Assembly (NCBI GenBank): GCA_040954595.2
Contig: CM082579.2
Location: 10,095,625-10,159,624, forward strand
Direction of reading: 5' to 3'
From: Balanoglossus misakiensis
Lineage: Eukaryota; Animalia; Hemichordata
Length of the DNA stretch: 64,000 nucleotides
In this document: positions 1 to 12,535 of the stretch, piece by piece
How the letters are laid out: each line of letters opens with the position of its first letter
Numbering within the stretch: the stretch's first letter is position 1
Notes under the pieces: generated by a model
Databases searched by the model: none
Seen by the model: the letters and a program-made list of their open reading frames with translations, nothing else
What the model was told of the DNA's origin: nothing
Translations under genes and position numbers: made by a program

Positions 1-527
1 CCATTCAAACTGGCCAATGAAGCACTGACAGCAAAGTGGGTACAACTATAGACATCCGGAATTGGACGTAAATCTCGACCATCTGAAGAAACTTCCCCTG
101 ACGAATAAATTTCCGCGTGAAAACGAAAGATGGAGAATATACTAAACTTGACGCTGTGGTACATCTTTATCAAACACGTTCGGCTCGGTGTCCGCGACGA
201 AAAAAAACTAACTCGTACGGTAAAATTAATCTGCAGGAAAACTCAGGGCAGGAACACTCTGGGCATCTCTTCCTTGAAGTTCGGGAGCGAACATCTACAA
301 CTTGAGATGGAAAATATATGGACTGTTGTTCCGTTCTCGCTCGCCGAAGACAGAAAACCTGTCCTGGTCTTGTCCCATGCCCCATTCCCACCGCTGGCTG
401 CGCTACAATGGTGTAAACAGATGACGTCAAAGTGATATCGATCCGCACTGTGATTCGGCTTCGGCATATAGCCGATGCCTGTGCAAATAGTACGATTTTC
501 GTCGAAACGGGATTTGCGGACCTCGGT

Positions 528-605
528 CTTACAACGTCAGTGAGTTGTCCACCTTTTACCCAGAATGCAATAATTATAATGTGATTTGACCCCCTAGCGC
601 GAAGT
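528..605 (-). mobile_element. Internal fragment of the same MITE family as 63093-63588, in reverse orientation
   Basis: tcttac..cagtgagttgtccacctttt..ccagaatgcaat..gatttgaccccctagcgcgaagt matches the reverse complement of ~63173-63240. Confidence 0.65.
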
Positions 606-1343
606 ACAAATTACAGGTAGCCAGAATAATGGGCAATGGTTACGACAAGTCATTACGATGAGGGTGGACGAGAATGCAAACTGTGTATAAAAATGTTCAA
701 ATAGTTGTATACTCTAGGCCCGAGGGGCTGGTGACATTTCATGTTTACCGTGAAAGAGACTAATCTCTTCAGAAGACGGCAAATTTTCCAGTACAATTGT
801 GCCATTGTTGTATTACTGAGTAAGGTGGATAGGGTCACGGCGGTTCGTTTGCCTATTTTGACCGCAACTGACTCCTCATCAAGACTTCGCCTTAAAGAGC
901 GAAAATTTTCACGAAAACACATGTAGACATACTAGGAAAGGAACAATGCGCAAACAGGAATGAATGGTGACCTATGACATGAATCGATGAACAACAAAAC
1001 GTCCACTTTGGTCCTGCACTAAATGTATGCTGTTGGTGTGCGCTGCGTGGGTTTCACTTGAAATCAGTACACAATGCTTTAGGATATCGAGTGTCTACAA
1101 AGACCTATTAATACTCCCAATACACCAACACTACAGTACAACAGCACGGCGCGGCGTATCCATATATTGTGCCTTTTGTGTACAATGTCTATAGGCCTAT
1201 GCCATTGTACAGACACAATATATTTAAATATCAATGCTTCGGGAAGCGAATGAGGAACAAACTTGACAAAAAGCAATATTTGAGAATTTGGGGCAGTTGA
1301 CAATTGATTGAAATCGTTTACGTACATCCTCATGGCCCTATAT

Positions 1344-1410
1344 CAATCTGATTAAAATCAGATGTATGGAACGGCGACGTGGTTTTTTTTTATGCTGTCG
1401 CCTTCTATTG
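1344..1410. mobile_element. Degenerate partial copy of the palindromic element at 59887-59996
   Basis: caatctgattaaaatcagatgtatggaacggcgacgt is nearly identical to the left arm at 59887. Confidence 0.7.
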
Positions 1411-2537
1411 ATTACTACGCAATGCACCAGACATAAAATATCACTGATTTAAAGTAGCGGCCCCTGTTTTATAAAGTTTATCATGGTCACTGTCTAAGTG
1501 GTCAGTGATCGATGTCCGTTGTTCCTTTGATATTTTGCGAGAATGCGTAAGATGGACAAAAGCGGGTGCGAACTCAGGCAGAACACTTCACGCTCGGAGT
1601 CATCTACCGGACCTGCCCAGCGCGTGACGAAGTATTCTATCAGTTAACGATGAAAAATGACATCCCAACTAACCCCTACAGAGTGTTTACTCAGACACGT
1701 GCCTCGCGTCTTGTCGTGTTCAGCAAGAGCGCACTAGCTCAGTTGACAACAGTGCCGTATCGACCGTTGAATCTTCAGAAACTAAACTGGGATGGGCCAT
1801 CGGAATTCACACTTGTCCTGGGATGTCATGGATTTTTGCTGCACCGCCCGCATAAAAATATGGAATCTGCCCACCATACGAACTTATTAGACTGGAGTGC
1901 CAATTTGATATGTCAACTCACTTTGACTTTCATCTTTTAAGATACATCATTGAAAAAAATATCAAAAGATGCATGCAATCCTTCTCCACTTTTGTTGCAT
2001 TTTCAGCCCCCCCCCCCCCCCTCCCCGCCGCAAGCCTGTATGTCTTTAACCATTGCTATCTGTTAAGAAGTTGACTAAGTTGGGACTTAATCAGTTCAGT
2101 TTTCCCCCAATAGCAATGTCAATTGTACCCACCTATTATGTGATAATATAAAGCTAAATACGAGTATTCCACCATGCTTTAAGATTTCGAACAAGAAACT
2201 AAACAAACACGGAACAAACATACTGAAAAATAGCCAAAAGCTACAACCACTAAACCGTTAGGTGGGCAAAACGTAAATTGGACCATGTTCACAAGTTATA
2301 AAAAATCGAGAATGCTGGACTATAATATTCTAAGCGAAATGTGTCTTTTAAAAAACACAAACAGAACTTCTTATCAACTTATCATGTGTGTCAAACAACT
2401 TCGTTTTAACACTTTTCTCTAGTACTGTGGAATATGTGTTGTCAAAGCAACAATCGAATTATGTCATATGTACAATGATTAAATGAACAATTGTGTAACA
2501 TTAATTATTTTAAATAATTATGAAATGAAAAACTCAC

Positions 2538-2601
2538 CGGGTGCCAGCGAGGCGACGATGAGACACAGCAACAACAAGACCACTAGCAATTTAGTGTTCA
2601 T
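2538..2601 (-). CDS. First coding exon (signal peptide) of an unidentified, probably secreted protein; downstream exons unresolved
   Basis: ATG at 2601 gives MNTKLLVVLLLLCLIVASLAP, a basic n-region plus hydrophobic h-region. It is followed by a phase-1 GTGAGT donor at 2537. TATAAA lies on the minus strand at 2715-2720. Confidence 0.6.
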
Positions 2602-2714
2602 GTTGAAATGAAAGTGGCTGTAGGTTTGGATGAACCCAGCAGGAGCTGTGTACTGGTGCTCCTTGCAGGTGCCGTCGCTTGCAGAAACTGACGTCGTGAA
2701 AGTGAGTTGAGTAA

Positions 2715-2720
2715 TTTATA
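2715..2720 (-). promoter_or_regulatory. Putative TATA box of the secreted-protein gene
   Basis: TATAAA on the minus strand, ~115 nt upstream of the signal-peptide ATG. Confidence 0.45.
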
Positions 2721-5700
2721 CGCGATTGCCCTTCACATTCTTTTCAACAATGGCCACGCTGTTATCAAACGGGGAAGTACAATTGCATTTCCGCGCGTAC
2801 CTGTTGCTTTTTTTGTGGCAAAAAAAACTAAATCAAAGATGATTAATGTGGTATTCTCACATTAATACATGAAGAAATTTTCATATCCAGTTGTCACAAC
2901 AAAATAAGACCTGGAATACGAAATTCAAATTAGTAGACTGGTTTCGATGACGTCATCTCTGAAAACGAATTTAAAGGAGTAGGCGTTTAACCGATGCCTG
3001 AACAGTCTGCTGTCATTCGGTGTTGAATGACGTTCGATGTGGAAAGTGGTGCAATTTGTGACACTATTTACGAGATTTGGTGGCAGTTTAATTATTTTTC
3101 GAATCTACTGATAAACAGTGAGCCTTATCGGCCTTGAGACATATCTCAGTAACTGGAGGCAAGTCCAATTAGTTCAAGGACCGCGAGTTAGCGTCGGAGT
3201 GTGCAGAGTTATGGCGTCAGCATTAAAAAAAATAAAAAGGGGACAGGGTACTGAATTAAAATCCTGTACACATAAACAAACTCTCTCGTTTTCATTAAAC
3301 GCTTCTGTTCTTTAGTAAACATTAGTTTAACCATGGTTACTCCACACCATTGGACTCATCAGAAGTGACCACAGTTTGTATGGACGACATTGCCATGGTA
3401 ACAGGTTATTTGTCACGAACAGGTGTTTATAGGGTAATTGACATAAGAATGCATAACCTGTTAAACCTATCGAGTAAAATCAACTACTACTAATCTCGCC
3501 GATCTATGAGAACCCATTCATTATTCACTTATTATGCGCATAGGCACGTAACACGTATGTCGAATGTGATAAGGTCTTATCTTGAAGCACTAACCACTCC
3601 AAACACCATAAACAAGAGATGGATGACGATAACACTATTTACCCTATTTCCACCCTACGACGGATTTTAAGGATGGTTTTCACAACCTACTAGCGGAAGT
3701 TTACTCATAAGTTCCTATGGGTGCTAGCGTGTTATCATGGAAGGATCACTCAACTTAGAGGACGTTGTTGGGCAAACTTTACAAAGTCCAATAACTGAAT
3801 ACAAGTGACCGCTGTTTTTTACTAACATAACGCATTTCACTGTGATTTGGAACTACCGACATTGTAGAGCACGTTTGGTTGACATAGCAACGATAAACAC
3901 CGCAGGGTTATCGGAGGTGAAACTGAAGTTTTAAAATGAACTACCGTTCTTTTATTGTCGAAATTTACGAGCGCACGACACCCAACAGTAAAACCTGAAG
4001 CTGGTTTCTTGATTTAAAACTTTCACCTGTTATTCGGGTGAAGCTATTCAGCCAAGTATTCTTGAAAGTTAATAACCATACCTGAATCGATAATGCCTTT
4101 GTTTGTATTCCTATTGTCGTGGGCTTAAATAGGAGGCTTACCGAGAAAACGGCTGGATGTGTGCCAAGAGTGAACAAGGGAAATTCCCGTGACATCATGT
4201 GACCAACTGGCTCAACATATATGGGGATTTTTCCTCTCAAACAATAATGCCAATTGTGCATGTGTGAGCCATTTAATAGCTCGCCATTGCATTGTGTATG
4301 CTATATTAGACACCAAGTGCAGATTTGATATCGATATGAAAATATATAAACAAAGACTGGCATGCACTGTTACAATAAACACGGGATTAAAGGTAGACGA
4401 TTGTCTTATGCGCATGTGCGTCATTTCATGTGTACAAACATTACTTCCAATCCAAATGTTCTGCAAATTTTGCGCTTGATGCATTCAAATTGTGGACTGC
4501 CCCTGCTCCTTTCCATATCTCGCGCACGATCTCCGACACTGACAACGGTCTCCGCCATCTTGCCTGGTGTTAGGACAGTACATTGCCTTATGGCATTGAC
4601 TGTATACAATTTTCGTAGCCAGAGTCTCTGGTTGGGCACATGCGCATATTGTCGTTGTCTTTTGGGGAATGGAGTCAGTTTATCTTGTATTGTGACAGCA
4701 CATTTCAGACAGAAACCAACACGATCTTGAATCTAAAGGATTTTTTTTACGATACTCACGAACATTTCAATTATATGTATATGTTTATATATTGTCCAGG
4801 TGACCTTAGAGTTCGTGGTATTACCACTATCTTTACCGTACGTTCGGCTATTTTTCAGTATTTCTGTTCTTCGTGATTTTTTTTGTTTTCAGAATGATAT
4901 CGGGCAAATTCATGGACTTGCTAACACGAATCGGTTTCAACAAGTGTTTGTTGGTCGATATCTAAACGACAAGCAAACACTTGTTGAAACCGATTCGTAT
5001 TTTTTTCAACGCATCTATCTACTTAACCGGATGTGTGTGTGTGGGTCCGGGTCATAATGGTCAGTAAATTAGGTCGAAGTACAACACCCCCACAGTTGGC
5101 CAGAATGAATAGCGTCTACTGAAGGAAAGTGACGGTGTGGTCATGCGTTATGGTATCTATGGTAACCTTTAGACAAGTATACAGGAAAACAAAAATTCAC
5201 CCCGTCTTAAAGATAATACGAATGTTGTAACTTATAAGGGTACTGTATGGGAAGTATATGCGAGAAAACCGTGTTGTCCTGATGTACTATCGGGTAATAT
5301 CATTTAATAGACATAATTAAAAGCATATCCAAGATTATATAAAGCTTAAAAGATTACAGCTCATGGGGCTTTAACGGCCACGTAGGAGTCTGGGACTAGA
5401 TTCTCCCAGGCCCCCGCTGAATAGTCAAATACCCTATTCATCTGACTGAACAAAGCGAAGCTCAACCCAGCTTGGCATATTTTCCTGTCGTCGACAAAAT
5501 CTGTATTCTGCTTGGGTCAGCACAGACGTACGTGTGGACGTGAGAACCAGACCAATGTAGCGATTACATTAGGGGTTATGAGAGGGTAATGTCTCGGACA
5601 TGCGCAGTGCTTAATTCAAAATGGTCAATGGAGAGACAATCATTGGAATTTTGAATGATCTCATCGATTCCTTTGCTTGGTGTCATGGCGACGTAAACGA

Positions 5701-7526
5701 AATTGACCAATTGAAAAATACCCGGATGAAGAAGTATCTTAAAATATAAGCATGTAGCTGCATGGTGCCACAACAAGTAGACCAACTGTGTTTTCAGCAT
5801 TGGCATATCCGATTTCAAACCCCCTAAACAAATATTTTCAATTAAAGGGGGTTTTCAAGCATGAATAAACAAAACACTACCGATGGCGGGACAACAATAC
5901 TTTAAGAGAAACGGTTTCGAGGTCACGAATTTAAAACCAGATCGATGATTTGCTTACATGTACATCGCACACCGCTTGGCATTCACCAATTGACAGAACC
6001 AACAGAACCTGCATCACTAAATTCTGGCGATTTTTCACCATGTGTGTCTCCAAATCTGTACCAATGGCTCCATAGGGGGGGGGGGGTATCAAAAATTCAA
6101 TGCGGTTAAAAAATCGAGGTTTTGGAAACAACCCAAGACGGTTTGAATTTCGAGCTGTTCATATTTACCACCGGAAACTTCGGATTCTTACAGCATGCAA
6201 CATTAACAAATTCTCGTGGTGTCGTTAGAGCAAAAAAAAGTCTGATGCGAAGGCAACAGGCAAATTCAAGGAAACTAATCGCCTTAGGGACACTCAACTC
6301 TTACTTTGGTATAGGTTAAACCCTGGACAATTCACATTCCAAAGTACACACTCCATACTTTTCCGTTATTTCACCAAATATTGATGTCAAAAATCGACCT
6401 TTGTGGTAAATGAGGTCAACAGTCGTAAGCATTGTGAAAGCCAGTCATACGTAGCGCCACCATACTACAGACTTGGGCGAGAGAAAAACGGACCGAGGAC
6501 AGTAGAGGTGTCGCCTGCCGACGGACCCAGAACTCAATGAATTTAAATCAGCACACGGACGGAGTTTTTTTTCTGGATTTTGCGACGAAAATATACGTTC
6601 CCTTGAACATCTATGACAACTTTCCAGTGTTCTCCGCGGTGCTAATGTAGGCTAGCCTGGATCTGCAGCACAATTCGAATGTAAACAAGTTTGCATCCAG
6701 ATCTTCAGTTTACTGTCTTTTTCATATCGAGCAGGGTAATGATAAAATGTTTTGAACCAAAAACAAGACAATACAGGCTTAAAGATGTTGATATGCGTTA
6801 TATTTTGACGGTGAACACATTGTTTCTCTCGCTGTTATAACACAATATAATTCATAAATTATGCCCTAGTTTTGTTTATGTTTATTGTATGTCCCCTAAA
6901 AGTGGTTATAATTGTCACTAATCTACAGTACTGGTTATAAAGGTTTATGATCTCTCCGTACCCCACAAAGTTTTATTGATCATTACAATATTTTGGCATT
7001 TAGCATATACTGTTTGTGCCTAAAAATTGCCTCACGCAATTCATAAGGACGATGTTGATACAATTCACCCGGATATATAAGAAATTATGTACACATTCGC
7101 AAAGTCGCGATGTTTACGCGAATACATGCATGGTCTGTGCAAATTGTCCCATCAGATGTCCTTGTGTTGTCGGAATATGTCAAGTGTCGACAAAAACTAC
7201 AATGTGGAAATATGCAAAAACATATTGAACAGAATATAATTTTAAATCATATGAAATATCAAGGTTAATAAATAGTCATTTGTCCATAGTTTTATCGAAA
7301 TTAGATGACATCTGAAAATATACATTATGTTCTCAATGTATCACTCTATTCTGATGCTCGGCGTGGAGGTTTTGTTTCAAAATGTATTTTGGGGGATTTC
7401 GTTTATCTGCAGGTTGAGGTCAACTATTTACAAAGAGGGATCATGCATAGGCTGCTTGTGTTTGTGTTTATATGCACAGTCAATCAGTGGCTATAGTCTG
7501 TTAGGAGCCGAGTATCCCACGTTTAA

Positions 7527-10500
7527 TCACAGTCTTGTAAAATAATCATCCTCGTTTAGATTCATCACAAAGCCGTTGTTCACTCCATTCGTCAGAGGGT
7601 GCGTGTCTTGGCGCTGGTGTTTTGTCTTGCTTCCCGCCAGGCTGTGCGCGTATCCGCACAACGCGCCCACGACGATCATGAAGAGCACCAGGAGGGCTAT
7701 AATCACCCCCACCAACGCTTGCACCAGCGTTTCCATCTGCTGCTCCGTCATTTCCAAACCGAACCCCTCCCCGAACAACGGACTCTCCGAGCTCTCAACG
7801 CTGTCCGTGGCGACTTCTTCTAGCAGAGGCACGTAGCGGTTCCAGAACGAGGCTCCTTGGTGGCGCAGGTTGGACCGAACACCTGGGCAAATGTCTAGTT
7901 CCAGGTACATCTGTTCATCAAAGGTGAACTCGGGCCACTCCATCGAGACATCCGCGTGTCCTACGTTAGGATTCCTGTAAAATATCATACATTTTTGTCA
8001 GTCTTTGGAAATATTTACATCTACAATATTTTTTCCGCGTGAAGTTCTCTTCTGGTTTGCTATACTATACTGCGTATAGGCTACATTGTTTGTGTTTGAA
8101 CTGCACATTTTTGCATAGGATTCTCCTACATCCTCATCTATGCACATCATTCAGATTTTTTGTTATGAAGCCTTTTAACAATCAAGTTGCCCGGCACCCA
8201 TGACGACAAAATTTACCTATGACTTGTGACAGGTTTAAATAGGTGGTAAAATTATATGATGCCTGAATAGGAACGATAATTGTAATTATTCAAGTGATAT
8301 CTCGTCCAATAATTTTGGCTGGTCAACATAGCATATTAGTAGTCGAAAAATTCGCAAACTACATATTTGATAGTAATGATTAAAGACGTACCCTGCTTTG
8401 ATGAAATTCGATATGTACTTCATCATGACCTGTGATAGACGTCGTTCCTGGTCGTTGAAAGAAGTCATGGTTTGATGGTTTGACATTTGGAATGGCTCCC
8501 CTAAAATAAGTTTGACGTCATCGCCTCGTGAGGCACCCACCCATTCAGGGAACGTGGAAAAAGACGGCCTCTGTGTGTAGTGATACAGGTACACACTCCC
8601 GCCGACTGACGTGTGCATATTTGCTGTCGCGACGGTGGGGGCGTACATCATGAAATCGTCAGTCATGTCCAATAGTCGCTTGGTCAGTTCGCGCGCATCA
8701 TTCTCGTCGGCTGCAGTTAAATACTCCCGCTCGATTGCTGCTGCCACCAAGTCCGCGTTTCCGAACAGATACGATTCCAGGATGTTGTCTATGGCGTCGA
8801 GGAAATCTTGCCGAGAGCCGACTTCGTGACTGAGCACTGTCTTGGCCATCTCGCTATTTGTGGCGCCGAGGATCATGTCCATTGGCTCATAGCCTCCGGT
8901 GAGCATCATCTCATACGGGTCGTGGCTCAACACATCGCCATCTACAACAACCATGGGTGTAAAGGCGTGATGAGAGCTCATCGCAACGTCTCTGATTCTG
9001 TCAACGCTGAGCTCACGTAGACATCGCACCAACCGATTGTTGTCGCTACCCTCGCAATGCACTTGACGAATAAACCGCTCGGCACCGTGGCGGGCGCTAT
9101 CTTTGCGATAGCGCATGTCGGTCATTGGGCTCAGGGAAGATCCACTCAGACAGACAACGCGGCGGAAGAGATCCTTAGAAAGACGTGACGTCATGAGGTA
9201 CTGTACTGCCCATGCGCCCGAGCTGAACCCAGCCAAGGTCACTTTATCGGGATTGCCACCGAAGTTTCCGATGTCGCCCCTCACCCACTCAAGAACGTGT
9301 AGGATGTCGCGCAGCCCGTAGTTGCCCGACAACGTGTCATTCTCTGTGGACAGAAAACCGAGTACTCCGAGGCGATAATTGAACGTGACAACAACCACGT
9401 CGCCGAATGCGGCGAGGGCGTCACCGGAGAGATGCGACGCGTCGCCCATGACGAGGTCGGACCCCTCCACGATGACCATCACCGGCAGCCAATCATCACT
9501 CGAACGCTGCTGTCCCTGGGGCGTATATACATTGAGATAGAGGCAGTCTTCGCTGGAGTTTGGCCTGCCGTGCTGCAGACAGGCGGGTTTGTGTCGAGTG
9601 GCGTTCAGCTGCCCCGTCCACGGCTCGGGGGATTCCGGACTCCGGAAGCGCATCGATCCCAGCGGCGGTTTTGCATACGGGATACCGAGAAACACGTCCA
9701 CGCTCCTACCACCTGTTGCTTGGTGTGATTGGACGGTGAAGCCGGCTACATCCCCGTATGTTGTTTCCACTCTCGGCACCGTTTCCATAACGACGGGGTC
9801 GCCTCGCGTTAGAAACGGTGGTGCCATCGCGTCGGGACACTCGTTTTCGGGGGCGCTGATGCTTGGGATGAAAGTAGTCCAGAACGCCACTGTGTCTACA
9901 CCTGGTTTCGATCTTGTAGACAAATCATCGTTATGTATTTGAAGATATTGTTGACTCTCTGTGGTAAACTTCGGCCAGTATATTAAACCTTCGCTGCTGT
10001 TCCCGTTGTTTGGATCCCTGTGGCGAAACAAAACGATTTCTTAACATTATCACAATATTTATGTATAAGTTACAAATGAATCCTATGTATGTATGTAAAA
10101 AAGATTAGCTGGAGAATTGGTAATCACTTGAAGACTTGAACGGCGTATTGAGTTGCATATATCGGTTTATACCACCGACACACATTGCAAGCTTGGCAAA
10201 CCTTACAGAAAAGTCTAGAACAGCTTAGATCTTGGTCAGGTCAAATAGCCTTTGTCGTTATGCTATAACAATATACGTTCATCGAACCGTATAGATACAT
10301 ATATTGTCTTTTTCCAAATAACCTCTCCGACGAAGACACCTTGCGAAGAATTCTAAATTAGCCAACAAACTGATTTGGAAGACTGTTGTATTTTTGTTCT
10401 GAAAAGACTTATCTTAATTAATAATTTTGTAGGTTTTTCACCAATAACGGATTAACGTGAAATAGTATGATTATAACGAGCGGAATCCACTCACGACAAT

Positions 10501-12249
10501 TGAATTTATGATACATGCTATAAAATTTGCGTAATGCAGGTATTTCAGTCAATAAACTGGCCTAATTTGCTCTGAACGTTCGATTAATAACAATAATCCA
10601 TCATAATCCAGAATTGCTGTCTCAAAATGTGCAATACCTTTACCACAGAGATAAACCACTTTGGGGTAATTCTGGTATCATTGACATGCTGACAACTAAG
10701 TGTTGTTGTTTGGAGTACAAACAGCCGTGTGTTACCGTTGTTTGGATTGCAATGGTCACTGCGATGGGGTGCGTGTAAATAGTGGAAGGTGCCACACTTA
10801 CCCCGTCTTGGCAAAATTGCTCCAATACGCGAACATGCTTCGGCTTGAAGTGTTCACCTGCTGCCAAAGATTTGCATATTCGTCACCGCGTCCACCTGTC
10901 CGCGTGAGTTGATCGTGCGGCGAGGCGGCAAAGTTGTACAGATAGGTCGATTTATTTCCGTCGTCTTGGTTTGCGCAGCGATGGGCCAGAGTTAACGCTG
11001 GAACTGTAACCTGTCTGTCGCTGATCATTTTGGCAGCTTCTGCCAGACGAGCCGCTGCGTCATCGACATTTTGCCAGTTCGTGTATTGGTATCTGAGTGC
11101 ATTGGCTACCGTGTGTTGACTTGTCGCATAGGAGTCGGCTACCAGTTGTACGATTGTTTCGAAGTTGTCGGAGGACAATCCCGCCGACATGTTCAAATTA
11201 TGAGACTGCGCAGCAATAAGCGGTAGTAGAGACGTACTCACGTCCTCCGTGCCTATAATCGCGTTATATTTCTGCAAGTTTCCGTGCTCCATCATTGAAC
11301 GAAGCGTGCTCGGTACAACATCTCTATCTAGCGTCATGATATACGGCGGAGAGAATATATCTGACGGTTGAACTTGACCTTGGGCTTCAATCAACGCATC
11401 GACCGACACCGTTCTCAAGCACCCCAGCATGCGTTCGTTGTCGGGAGGCGCGTCCGTCGGCGACGAGCAATTCACAAGCGCGGCGAGCGCCCGGGCGTTG
11501 TCGGTCGCTTGGCGGGGTTCTGTGGGCTCCCAGAAAACGGCGCTTTGAACAATCGCCCGGTGAAATAACCCGGTACTGGCGGGTGAAAACAAATGGTAAA
11601 GAATGCTTAATCCCCCTGTCGACTCACCACTGAGCGTGACGCGGTTTGGGTCTCCGTTGAAGCGCCCGATGTTATCCCGGATCCAGTGCAGGGCTAGCTG
11701 CTGATCGCGGAGACCGTTATTCCCCGTTGCGAGTCCGTCCCCGGTCGCGAGGAAACCCAGCGCGCCCAGTCTGTAATTGATCGTTACCACGATCACCTGT
11801 CCAGTCACTGCCAGCGGAGTCCCGTCGTACGCTCCGCTTTGGCCGTGCAGCAACAGGCCTCCATGTATCCATACGATCACGGCCAATTTATTGCTCGGGG
11901 TTGCCGTCTCGGGCACGTATATATTCAGCATGAGGCAATCCTCATCGATGAGAGTATTCGGCAGCGATTCCCGACTAATCTCGGACATGTCTTGCGGACA
12001 CCACGGACCGAATTCCGTTGCATTGTAGCTGCTCTGCGGATTTGCGTAAGGCCTGGGCGGGTTAAATCTCAGCTGACCGACAGGGGCTTCGGCATAACGA
12101 ATTCCCCTGTAAACGTCCACAGAAACTCCTTGGAATATTGCCGTACTGCCTCGCACCAAACCAATGGTGGTGTTGACGAGAGGATCGGCTCCGAGTGCGA
12201 CTGCCAGAGTCGCTGTAAAGAGGGCTGCCGAAACTAACACCACCGACAT
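7527..12249 (-). CDS. Type I membrane protein with two tandem type-B carboxylesterase/cholinesterase-like domains, probably catalytically inactive (~1173 aa)
   Basis: Coding exons are 12249-10802, 10017-8392 and 7974-7527. Both introns are GT-AG and phase 2, and the total is 3522 nt in frame. Signal peptide MSVVLVSAALFTATLAVALG. Family motifs occur twice: GIRYA/GIPYA, EDCLMLNIY/EDCLYLNVY, NYRLG..GFL, GESTGG/GFSSGA, WSNFAKTG-DPN/ISNFIKAG-NPN. TM segment LVGVIIALLVLFMIVVGALCGY; C-terminus DDYFTRL. Confidence 0.92.
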
Positions 12250-12528
12250 AGTGTTATGTGGTCAGATGGAAAGGCTGTCACAGGCGTAAGATAATTGTCA
12301 TTGTGAATTAATTGGAATCTGGTCGAACTACTGAAGTGACAACGCTGAAAAACCGTCTTTGCGATTTTCGATCCTACCTATCCAGAAGAGAGACTAGGTT
12401 ACGTGCATGCACTTGATGCAACCCTGCACTGTCACTGACTGATGACGGCGACAATGTCGTTGATCCGGCACGGGGGATGCGTCGTACGTTGAAATTGGGT
12501 GTCAACTTCTGGGGAGGCTAGGCTTTCA

Positions 12529-12535
12529 CTTATAA
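12529..12535 (-). promoter_or_regulatory. Possible TATA element of the tandem esterase gene, with a probable short 5'UTR intron at ~12377-12275
   Basis: TTATAAG on the minus strand ~280 nt upstream of the ATG. AG|GTAGG donor at 12377 and CAG acceptor ending at 12275. Confidence 0.35.

Noticed and set aside
1566-1940. 124-aa plus-strand ORF
   Set aside because: GTG start, no motifs and no supporting splice structure.
8286-12249. Reading the 483-aa and 581-aa ORFs as two separate esterase genes
   Set aside because: The second ORF has no signal peptide or ATG start and begins with the C-terminal part of domain 1. The splice phases join all three exons in frame.
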